This document shows positions 50,260-61,146 of a stretch of 64,000 nt of DNA, in pieces. Source of the stretch: Felis catus. Its lineage: Eukaryota. The stretch is from contig NC_058368.1 in assembly GCF_018350175.1 (NCBI RefSeq), positions 26,042,001 through 26,106,000 of the forward strand, read 5' to 3'. Made by a program: the position numbers and the translations under genes. The notes under the pieces are model-generated. The model did not search any database, had not been told where the DNA came from, and saw nothing but the letters and a program-made list of their open reading frames with translations. How positions within the stretch are numbered: the first letter of the stretch is position 1; the number at the start of each line of letters is the position of its first letter.

Positions 50260-50720
50260 TCTTAATCCATGTGACCAGAGAGGGTCCACCCAATGTGATG
50301 TAAGTGGCCAATAAGAGTACCAAAACCCTCTAGATGCAGTGACTGGTTCAGGAATGATTCTTCTAAGATGAAATGAGGTAAATAAAACTTGATTCTGGGA
50401 TTTACTGGGTAGGGACTCTCTTTCAACTAGAAGAAGAAAGGACATTAGAAAATAAATCTGGAAGTGGCTAATGGTCATCTTATCACCAGGTCAACTGACT
50501 TATTGCAGCTACCTATAAACTAACTATTGAAACTAACAGAAAGAAAAGTGGGAGGTGGAGAAGAACATATCCTAGATTACATCATTGGAATCTCTGGATC
50601 CATCACCTCTGAAGTTTTAGTCATGTACGTTTTAGTTATCCAGCCCATGGATTTCTTTTTCACTTTAGACTTTGGGGTTGAATTTCTGTTACTTGCAGTG
50701 AAAAGAGCTTTGACTGATTC
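50260..50720 (+). mobile_element. Old MaLR LTR (MLT1J/K-like)
   Basis: 'gcagtgactggttcagga', 'gactttggggttgaatttctgttacttgcagtgaaaagagctttgactgat' resemble old MLT1 ends. Confidence 0.65.
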
Positions 50721-52174
50721 ACTTACTTCTCACTATGAAGGAGATGCTCTATAAAGAGTCCATGGCCAAGCTGTGTATGACTCATGCCTGCATCAATAGA
50801 TGCAGAGTCCTAAATGCCAATGATACTGTTGTATGATGGCCTTCACCCCATTCTGTGTGTAACGAGACTGCCTAATAGACCTTGAGCCTGGATCTTCAGC
50901 GTCTAGGTTCTCGGTCAGCAGCCCAGCTAAACCCAGCCAACAGGAGAGTCTGCTTTTTTGTAAGGTTGACACCCGCTTTAACCCTAGGGCTAGGATATGC
51001 TTCTCATAAATCCTTGTAGAATTTTTTCTGATGACTCAACTCCTCCCTGATTCATTTGAGATTTCTTACTGCCCACAGAAGCTTAAATACTGCCTGCATT
51101 GAACCCTCCCCCAAACCTTCATTGGATCGTTCAAACTTTGGTGCCTGGACTGTATTTGAGCCTGCTCTGAAATACTCCTGAATATAACACTGAATTTGAA
51201 CTCCTTACCACCATCCTCCTCCACCAGAAAAAGACCAAACTTTCTCAGTTTTTCCTGGCTCTTGGACAATTCTTACTTACCCTTCAACCACTCTTTGGGA
51301 GGAATGAAAGTAATTTCATTTATAGATCTCTACACTTAGATATAGTGAGGCTATATCAGGATCTTGAATGTACTTTTTAAAACTAAATGAAGTTCTCAAT
51401 TTTTTCATGTACTGAGTACCTATCCCCACTGCTCCCAACCCTGAAATCAGAACTCGTGCTGGAGTTCTCTGACCAGACTCTGCTTTGGAAGCCAGCCAAA
51501 GGGAATCTCTGCAACAGATTGGTCCAGTCCCATTTATGGCAGAGTAGTTGGAGTACATCTTACTCTAACAAAATAAGGTCTGTCCAGAGTCATTCAGCAC
51601 ATCCTCATGCTGGCCCTGCAAAAGCAGGAAAATTTGAAAATGCCCACTGAAGACAGGAGTGACTACATGCTCTGTCCCTGGAATTGCCTCTGAACTTGTC
51701 CCAGAAGTGGATGTTGGGTGCTAGCCCCACCAAGAGGACTTTGATGATTGTTGGTAAATTTGGGCAAATGGGTCCTTTGGCTAGACTACTCCTCTCATTC
51801 TCAAGTTGGTGCATTCGTCTCATGTCATCTGAAGTGATGAATGCTGGATTCCCTGCTTGGACGTGGGAAACTGGAGACAGAGCTCCCAGACTGAGTCTAC
51901 TGCCAAGCCAGGGAAAACTGCCTAGCCCAGACCACTGAGCCAGCCAAGATTTTCTTCTCTCCTGATGGTCCAGGATCACTTCCTCTTCTGATCATGACTG
52001 GCACTTAGAGCTCTCACCCCTCTAAGGGCCAATGGAGAGGACATGGGTCCAAGAGAGGAGTTCAGAATGCCCTCAAGACAACTCAATCAGGAAAGGTGAA
52101 GTGCCAAGCCAGAAGTCATAGAACGGCCCAGACTCAAGGGGGGGGCCAATTCTCTCCTTAAGAAGTGACCAACT

Positions 52175-52383
52175 GGGGTGCCTGGGTGGCTCAGTCGGTT
52201 AAGGGCCCACCTCTTGATTTTGGCTCAGGTCACGATTTCAGTTTGTGGGATCGAAACCCACATTGGGCTCTGTGCTGAGAGTGCTGAGCCTGCTTGGAAT
52301 TCTCTCTCTCGGCTTCCCTCTCTGCCCCTCCCCTGCTCGCATTCTCTCTTTCTTTCAAAATAAATAACTTAAAAAAAAAAAAA
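52175..52383 (+). mobile_element. CAN-SINE (SINEC)
   Basis: Complete; flanks aagaagtgaccaa / aagaactgaccaa. Confidence 0.95.
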
Positions 52384-53555
52384 AAGAACTGACCAAGTGG
52401 CTGAGGACTCAAGAAGCTGAGCTCAGAGGTAATGGAAGACAGCCCAGAGGCCAAGGTGGTGATCCTGCCCCTCCCACAACTGCCCTTGTATTTTTTTTTC
52501 ATGACTGGGGGAGGGGATGGGGTGGTGAGTCTCAGTACTGAGCTATAAACTGAAACGTGGATAACAGTTTCCACATAAACAGTAAATGCTGGCTACACCC
52601 TCAGCTAGTTCACAAAAGTCTACTAAACACATGATATAGGAACAAAGATTCATGCCTACAAGAATTTTGTTCTGAGTTAAAAAAGAAACAAAACAAAAAC
52701 CTACCAATGAACTTAGGCACACACCTTCTGTGTAAAGCTGGAGACAGCCCGTACTTTACTTGGGTAAATGCAGAGTGGTTTTGAACATATGGTAAGTGCT
52801 TGATGATCACTTTATGCTTGGTAGATTCGTTATTCTATAAAAGCCTCTCATGTTCTTTTCATTGTCTTTCTTTTTTTGTAACTCACTTTCAGTTAACTTC
52901 CGTATATGACATGCAGAATCCTAATAAAGGTGCATGATCCACGTCAGTGTGCCTTAAGCTTTCCTGTTCTTAGAATATATATTTGTTGAATATATAATAT
53001 ACACGTTATATATAAATATGTACTACATATAAAATTTGTTTCTTTTGAGAGTTAAAGACTTGACTTTTACCACTCATGTTATTAAGCATAGATTTTTCCT
53101 TAAAGATAAATTCTCTGTTTCAAAAAGTTGGTGATAAGGGCAGCAGGGATAAAGGATTTCAATAGTTTAAGTTTAAAGTCCTGGGAAAAGTCCAAATGGG
53201 GAATATTTTCTGATTGTGAGAAGTTAGCATTTTTATCTGATTATTTTGTAGAGAGTCAGAAACACCCCGAGGGCAGTCAGGGGAGCTGGGTGGCCACGTG
53301 GTGAAGAGAGCAGGGACATTGTCCCAATGCTGTAGGGCACCACGTGCTCTGCCCGGCTCTCTGTGGAGGTGGCTCAGCTTTGGCGAGTCACACAGATGGT
53401 TATTCAGGCCCAGTTCTTGAATTTCAGCATATTTTGCTTCTGAAAAGACAAAAACCAATTATTGATAGCTATGCTGACCTCAGATATGCTGGCTATCTTG
53501 GTGAAATGATCTTTTCCAACCTTCTTATTGCCAGTTAAAGGTGACCCTGAACTTG

Positions 53556-53944
53556 TGTTGCAGCCACACGACTCCTGAAACAGAATGCTACGGGCACCAG
53601 TGACAGTCACAACAAAATTTATTGCAATGAGAGGCAAGGCCAACCGATGGGGACCGACACTCTTGACCAGAGTGCAGTCTCAAACAACCGGGGTACAGAG
53701 TTTTTATAGTTGACCACATCGTCTTATCATCACCTGGGGACAGAACAAAGAAATAGTTCCCAGATGGGGGTGGAAACAGTTCAGACAGGCTCTTGCCCCA
53801 ATCCAATCAAACACTAAGCCAGTTGATTTTCCTTAAACTTTTGTTCCCTTGATTGATAGGACACGTTATCTCTTAATCTACAGTGTTAAAGCTGTTATTT
53901 CTTAAAGCTACAGGTTAGCCCTACACTACAATTTAACGCTTACA
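53556..53944 (-). mobile_element. Solo ERV LTR (ERV1-class by 4-bp TSD)
   Basis: Minus strand starts TGTAAG and ends CAACA; TATAAAAA (plus-strand tttttata, 53701-53708) lies upstream of AATAAA (plus-strand tttatt, 53618-53623); 4-bp TSD cttg at 53552-53555 and 53945-53948. Confidence 0.85.
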
Positions 53945-54584
53945 CTTGTTGACATAAATTTAGTGAAAAAATAAAACAAAATCCAAACCCAAGAAATTGA
54001 TACCTTCCCTGAATTTTGTGTTTTCAGTCACCAATGTGGTTTTGATCCCCCTCATCCTTTTGGCCAGGTAAGCTCTCTCTTACCAAGAAGTCCTTCATAA
54101 GATCACTCCAACCTCCACTGGGAATCACAATTAGAGTGAGTTATCCTAACATGTAGGTAACTGTGACCTACCACTCGACATCCCCCAAGAGAATGTGCCT
54201 CCTAAGGGGTCTAAGCCATATCTGGCTCAACCTTCTATCTTGTGTTGGGCCAACAAGTGTTTTCAGCATAGGAGATACTCACTAGCTATATTCTGGAATT
54301 TTGTATTTGAGCTGAACTAGACCTTGCCGCCATCAATTTATAATTAAAGCAGGATTCAGATTAGCAATTTTTCCTTTCCAACCTCAGGGCCCTGACTTTG
54401 AGAAGGGTCAGAAGCATTGAAGTCAGGCCTTCTGATATTTCATGACATCCATAAATCATCGTCATATAGCTACCTTTTTTTGAGGATCTGTTATGTTCCG
54501 GAGAATGTGCTGGACATGTTTAAAGCCTATTTTTTATTTACTTTGCCTCAAGCAAGAAGAGTGAGTTCCTTTGCTAATTCATTG

Positions 54585-54865
54585 GTTTAGACAGTGAAGA
54601 TCCCTGATTTAACGAAGCTCATGTTCCTCTGGAAAAAGAGAGACAACAAACAAATAAACAAGGTAATTTCAGATAGTGACTACACAATGAAGGAATTACA
54701 ACTGGGTTATGATGTAGTTAGCGCCGCTTTAAATATCAACATCAGGGGAAATCTCTCCAAGGGGGTGACATTAGTGCTAAACCCCGAGTGAGGTAAAGGA
54801 GACTGGTAATGTAAAGAGCATTCATGCACAAGGACCAGCATGAGCAAAGCTCTGAGGAAGGTATG
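54585..54865 (-). mobile_element. LINE-2 fragment
   Basis: 'gacagtgaagatccctg...gaagctcatgttcctctgg...agacaacaaacaaataaacaaggtaatttcagatagtg...cagcatgagcaaagctctgagg'. Confidence 0.75.
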
Positions 54866-55366
54866 GACTAATCACATAATTAAGTTATCTATGGATCTGT
54901 CTGCTAGAATCTGAGCAATATCCTAGTACACCTATACACTTGGGAAGGGCTACTCTTTTCTTGCTAGTCAGTGGGCTTTTCACCCCCAGCATCACCCCAA
55001 CTCAGCTGAGACACCCTATTATACCCGTAAGCATTTTCTTTATCCTTCAAAACATAGTCAAAACCCCACCTCTGCTTTCCCATCTTTGTGTTCAGTGAGT
55101 TAATTTTGTGTTCATTTTGCCGTATGAAACACGGGTTTTCATATCTATCTAGGCACCTCCTGGCGCCTGTGAGGCTCAAACAATGTCATTCATTCAACAG
55201 ATTTCCTAAGCAACCTTGTTCTGGGCACGGGGCTAAGGCTTGGAACCAAAATGCACACAGGTTGATAACCGCTCTGTGACACATATATGTTTTGATAATT
55301 AGACTTTCATTATAAATACCTCTTTCCAGAAACAGTGTGGAGAATTGATTAAAAAACAACCAGATT

Positions 55367-55568
55367 GGAGCACCAGGATGGCTCAGTCGGTTAAGTGCCT
55401 GACTCTTGATTTTGGCTCAGGTCATGATCTTGTGGTCGTGAGATGGAGCCCCCCGTCGGGCTTCGTGTGAAGCCTGCTTGGGATTCTCTCTTTCGCGCTC
55501 TCTCTCTGCTTGTCCACTGCTCGTGCAAGCTCTCTCTCTCAAAAATAAATAAATATTAGGAAAAAAAA
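55367..55568 (+). mobile_element. CAN-SINE (SINEC), older copy
   Basis: SINEC head, body and tail; caaccag on both flanks. Confidence 0.93.
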
Positions 55569-55639
55569 GCAACCAGGTTGTATATAGGGAAACCAATAAG
55601 TATGTATAATGCACATGAATGTGTGCATGTGTGTATTGT

Positions 55640-56133
55640 AGATAGCTGCTGTTTTTGTAACATTAGCACCCATTCCCCCCTTTTTTTTCCTGGAAAGAAC
55701 ACCCTGTTTGCATTAATTAGCCCCCAACCATTACCCCTGTTCCATGAGGTTGGGTGAGATTAATTCCACCTTTAGGTTCCAGAGTGGCCATGTCATAGGT
55801 CCTGGCCAATCAACCCAGGTAATCCTGAGCTTTTGGTTAGGAAAAAAAAAAAAAAAAAGAGAGAAAAGTTTTCTCTCCTCTGGAGTGGTCGAAAAGCTAG
55901 GATATAAGACTGGAGTTCTGGAAGATAACTTACCACCATGGGGGAGGAGCCTATGGAGAGCGGAGCCTCACACAAAGAAAATTCACCACGAGATATAGGG
56001 AGGGACTGCCGTATGAGCTCCCAGATCTAGCTGGACACCCTTAGCCCAGTTAAATGAACCAAAAAATTCCCTTTCTTGTTCAGTTTCAATTGAGTTTTCT
56101 GCTACATACAACCCAAATATTTCTAAAGAATAC
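55640..56133 (+). mobile_element. Old MaLR LTR (MLT1-like)
   Basis: 'ggccatgtcataggtcctggccaatca', and end 'cagtttcaattgagttttctgctacatacaacccaaatatttctaaagaataca'. Confidence 0.65.
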
Positions 56134-56220
56134 AGGTGAGGAGCCCAAGGCACACTTGTATTAGTTGCCAAGTTCCCACAGCCAGTAAGTAGTTGTGTTT
56201 ACTTTAAACCCAGGAAATCA

Positions 56221-56358
56221 GGGTGTCTGGGTGACTCAGTCGGTTAGGCATCCAACTCTTGATCTCAGCTCAGGTCTCAATCTCAGAGTCGTGAGTTCAA
56301 GCCCCACATTGCATTCTGTACTGGGTGTGAAGTCTACTTAAAAAAACCAAAAAACCAA
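56221..56358 (+). mobile_element. Short CAN-SINE (no CT tract)
   Basis: tRNA-derived head to 'gtgaagtctacttaaaaaa'; ccaggaaatca on both flanks. Confidence 0.9.
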
Positions 56359-59003
56359 AAAACCAGGAAATCAATCTCTAGCGTCTTTGCTCTAGATTGC
56401 CTCTTAGATCAGGGTGGGAAGGGAGAGGAGCAGACGGACTTGAGATGTTCGATCTTAGGGACGGGCTGAACATGGTGAATCAGGGAAACATGACCTACAT
56501 GTCGGGGAGATGATGCCACCACTCATGGAGAAGAGGAATTACTAAACAGAGGACATATTTGGGGGTGGAGAAAAGTTGGAGGTGAGGAGTTGTGTTCTGG
56601 CTATTTTGACTATGAGCTGTCTGTGGAGAAGGCAAATAGAAATGACAGGACCCGAGGTGAGTGAAAAGTTCTAGGTTAGATTCACTCAGTCTTTTAACAA
56701 ATACTTATTGAAGGTCTGCTGTGTGGGAAGCGCTGGCCGAGATTAATGGGATCTATGGGAGAACTCGATAGTCATGGAAATGTTTTGGACTCATGAAGCT
56801 TATATTTAAGCCTGAGTCATCAGTGTATAAGTGATCTTTGAGGTGATATGGGTGAATGAGGTACCCAGGGATTGTATAGAGGGTAAGAATAAGAGAAAAT
56901 TTAACTTCTGTATCTCAGTTTCCTTGTCTACAACTGCCCCATAGGGTTGTCGGGAAGGTTGAACTTTTAGAACAATGCTGTACATAATGAGCCGACTGTA
57001 TATCTTCGCTGTGATGAATGTGAGGTTGTTGCTATTGATAATGAAGACATTGTAAAGAGCAAAGAGACTGGGGCAGGACGTGTCAGAAGTTGGGGTTAAT
57101 GTATAGATTAATTTAATTTACATTTAAATGAATGTAGCTAGCTGCCAGGGATGCACATACAAACACAAATGTGATGTTGCCTTTTTCCTCAATGAAGTTT
57201 ATGTCCTTGTGGCGACCTTTAGGGTCAACTTCTTGCCTCCACTGAGTTCTTATTCTTTGCACTTGTAGCTGTTTCTTCACCGACAGACAGGCATTAGCCT
57301 AAATATGGAACTCAGCCTTTATTCATGTTTTACATACACACTCACACAGGTTATTAAGTCGAAGCCTTTGCAAGGTGACTTGACTGAAAGCTTAGGGAGG
57401 CAGATGGAATCGACTTGAGCCATCCTTTCTCTGTCCACTCAGAACACCTTCAAATGGATGCCATTTTTCTTACGCAAAGCAATACCACTCTCTCGCGCCT
57501 CTACACAGAGCTACTTCCAAGCCTGTATTTACACATCCAAGGACTTAGCAGATGCTTTGAGGTTTCACTTTAAAGAGTCTGAGTAAGTTCTTAGACCAGG
57601 GTCATCTTCTTCCCCAGTCTCTACCTGGGACATCGTCTTCCCTAAAGTGTCTACCTATATCTACTTAGATACCAAAGACTGTGGGTATATATAAAACATT
57701 TATTCACAAACTTACACATACATACACTGTAAGAAAAATGGCAGTATTCTCTTCATATTTTTTTTGTTGTCGGCTCTTGTTCAATTATAAATATATTTTA
57801 AACATTTTCCGTGTTAATCACTCTGATCTACATGATTGTTAATGATTACATATTACTCTGTCTTATGACTATAGTGTACTTTTCTTATGTAGTTTTGACA
57901 TTGTTTCCAATGTTTCACTATCATAAATAATTCACTGGAGAACATCCTTGGGTCTACATAGTGTGGTGTCCCTGACACCTGTAACAGCCTGGCACTTAGT
58001 GAATGTACACTAAAATATTTGTTGAGTGAAAGAGTGGACATGTCAACTCAATTTCTATTCTGGGCACTAGTGTTTGTTTTTATGCTCTGTATTATTTAAG
58101 TCCGGACTTTTTTTTAGATAATAATGGGAGTTATCACAGGACTGTGCAAATTAAGATCCCGGCTCCGAAATGTGGTTTCAGTTAACGTGATGCTAATGCA
58201 GAGTGAGAACTGCCCGGTTAACTTTGTTTCCTTAATTCAAAAGTAATGAGTGCTAACTTTAGATAATTTGGAAAGTAGAAGAAATGTTAAATCACCCATA
58301 ATTATATATATCACCAAAATATATATATATATATATTTCTTATTAATCTTTTTTTATGCAAATATGTGGGGTTTTTTTTACAAAAAAGGGTTTGTTTGTT
58401 TTTTTTACAGTACTTACATACTATTAAGTAACTGCTTTTCTTCACCTAATATATATATATAGATTGTGAACAATTCCTCATGTCATTAAATATTTTTCTT
58501 TTATATGGTTGTTATCAGGTTCTTAGGGTTACGTTTTATGGATGAACTGCAGTATTTTTTAACTAATCTCTCACTGTGGGTGAAGTGCCTAGGTTTTTGT
58601 ATAAACCATGAAAAAAATTCTAAAACCAAATTAATTTATATGTTTTTGTAGTTTTCAAGTGTACTACAAAGATATATTAATTTTTAAAAAGCAGAGACAT
58701 ATACTGTACTAAATATTATAGTATAATTTTGGAAAGTAGGTTGGAGAAAAAGTAGGTGGCACTTTTTCATGTCTTACTTGATACATTTCTATGTTGTTTG
58801 AAAATTTTATCAACAGTGTGTGTTAATTTTATGATTAAAAAATACTAAAAAGCGTTTTTAAATTTTATTATTTTTTTAATTAAAAAATTCTGGGAGGGGC
58901 ATTATGCTCTATATAATATTTGTTGTTGTCTGCTCTTGTTCAGTTATAAATGTATTTCCATCATTCTCAGTGTTAATAACTCTGATCTAGAAATGACTTT
59001 TGG

Positions 59004-59250
59004 GGGGCATCTGGGGTGGCTCAGTCATTTAAGTGTCCAATTTTGGCGCAGGTCACGATCTCGCAGTTCGTGAGTTCGAGTCCTGCATCGGGCTCTGTGC
59101 TGACAGCTCGGAGCCTGGAGCCTGCTTCGGATTCTGTCTGTCTTTCTGTCTCTCTCTCTGTCTGCTCTTCCCCTGCTCATTCTTTGTCTCTCTCTTTCTC
59201 TTTCTCAAAAATAAACATTAAAAATTTTTAAAAAAATAATTAAAAAAATC
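59004..59250 (+). mobile_element. CAN-SINE (SINEC)
   Basis: Complete SINEC with CT tract and A-rich tail. Confidence 0.95.
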
Positions 59251-59348
59251 TTTTATTAAAGTATGCTCCATACCCAATGTGGGGCTTGAACTCATGACCC
59301 CCAAATCAAGAGTTTTATGCTCTACCAACTGGGCCCGCCAGGTGCCTC
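59251..59348 (-). mobile_element. Short CAN-SINE, tail-to-tail with the previous copy
   Basis: 'aagtatgctccatacccaatgtggggcttgaactcatgacccccaaatcaagag...ccaggtgcctc'. Confidence 0.88.
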
Positions 59349-59369
59349 TGTTTTTAAATTTTAATTTAC

Positions 59370-60046
59370 ACCCAGCGCCCAGATCTTGGTTTCTAATACC
59401 ATTCTCCAATAAAAGGAACCTGGGCTCCTTGAAAAAAAAAAAAGGCTAACTCTAGGCCTGGGGCAGAGGAAATTCAAGATGATCCTGGAGCATCTGGTAG
59501 TGCCAGAGAGTAAGAAAGAGCTCAAAAAGCAAAAAAAAAAAAAAAAAAATTGTGACGTATCAAAAGGACACAGGCACTGACCTGCAAGAGCTCCCAGTGG
59601 CCAAATCTGGAACAAAGTGAGATGCAAAATAGATGATATTGGCTTATAACCCAAAGTATAAAATAAATATCCGTGAGTTCCTAATGTGATATAAATAATA
59701 ATAGCAATAAATAATATAAATATAATACAAATAAGTGATTAAATAAATAAATAAATGGGTGGTGGGCGAAGTGACAACTCTTGCTTAAAGAAGAATTCTA
59801 AATAATTTACATAGACCCTACCCAACTTCCAGGAGGGGAAGCTTAATCACCCCCAGTCAAAAGAGAAGAAAAACCCACGCACTTTGAACATGGTGAGCTG
59901 TGTTTAGGGAGTGCAATATATGCAAAGGTGCGAACAGTAATTACGGTGGCGAGCACTACCTCGCGGGGTGGTCGTGGTCAACATAACAGTGATAAGGCAT
60001 GTTGATAGCACGTTCCTTTGGTATGACATGGTGAAAATGGCACTTT
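59370..60046 (+). mobile_element. Old L1 (L1MC/MD-like) 3'UTR
   Basis: 'gcccagatcttggtttctaataccattctccaataaaaggaacc...ggtcaacataacagtgataaggcatgttgatagca...gaaaatggcacttt'. Confidence 0.85.
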
Positions 60047-60047
60047 A

Positions 60048-60259
60048 GGGACACCCGGGTGGCTCCGCTAAGTGTCCAACGTCAGCTCAGGCCATGATCT
60101 CGTGGTTGGTGAGTTCCAGCCCCGTGTCGGGCTCTGTGTGGACAGCTCAGAGCCGAGAGCTTGCTTTGGATTCTGTGTTTCCCTCTCTCTCTGCACCTCC
60201 CCCACTTGCACTCTGTCTCTAGCAAAAGTAAATAAACATTACAAAAATAATAATAAACA
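60048..60259 (+). mobile_element. CAN-SINE (SINEC), diverged
   Basis: SINEC body with A-rich tail. Confidence 0.9.
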
Positions 60260-60985
60260 CTATGAGTTAGAATCACATTTTTAGGCCCGCCTAGTCCAAA
60301 GCTTACGTTTTTAAGATTGTGTCTTTGTCCTTTTTCACTAGGGCTAGCCAGCAGCCCCACCCTCTGTCCTGGGTCTTAGCCGTCTGGGGTTCCCACATGC
60401 TAGAATTAAGCCCGGGTGGATTTTCTGGGCAGCCACCGATACTTCGGATCTTTCGCCTTTCCGTCTATCTTCTTGCAGTCAATCAGGTCTTGGTAAGGAT
60501 AAGAGCTAGTTTTGTTAAGGATTTTAGACTGTTCTAAGGGCAACAGGAAGCTTCTGAAGATTTTAAGCAGAGTATGAACTAGGAAGGAGGGAGGGAGGAA
60601 AAGTGACTCTCGGAGTGACAATTCCAGCAGCCCCCCGCGGCCAAGATGTGGTGGGCCTCCATCAGGGTGCTGGCGCTGTGGGCGAGGACTTCTGATCCCA
60701 AGACCGTGAGTGATGATAATCACACACATTTATATACTCCTGTGGAGTTTACACTGCAAATGCTTTCACATTCTTTGTCAATTAATGTTTACAACCCTGG
60801 GTAGAATTTCCATGTTGCAAATGAGAAAAACTGGAGCCATAGGAAATTACGTGAATTGCTCAAGGCTAAGCAGCATAATTTTAACCCAAGCATTTTGATT
60901 CCAAATCCAATGGGTTTTCCAGTGCCCGACTGCAAGATTAAGGGGGAAGATATATGTTAGCGATTTGGTCTCTTGCCCTTTGGGT

Positions 60986-61146
60986 TAATGGTTTTCAAAT
61001 TACTATGCTTACAAGCTTAAAAACACAGATTCCTGGGCCCCACCTTCGGAGATTCAGACTCTGTGTTTCTGGAGGGGGCTCAGGCCTCTGTGGCACCCTC
61101 GGGGGATGTGAGGAGAGGGGGTCATGAGGCACGCTCTGAAAACCAG
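60986..61146. mobile_element. MER5-type hAT MITE
   Basis: 'tggttttcaaatt...aaaacacagattcctgggccccacc..ggagattcagactc...ctgaaaacca' with inverted ends tggttttca/tgaaaacca. Confidence 0.8.

Noticed and set aside
3413..60259. SINE orientation bias as evidence of a host gene strand
   Set aside because: About 15 minus versus 13 plus copies, so no meaningful bias.
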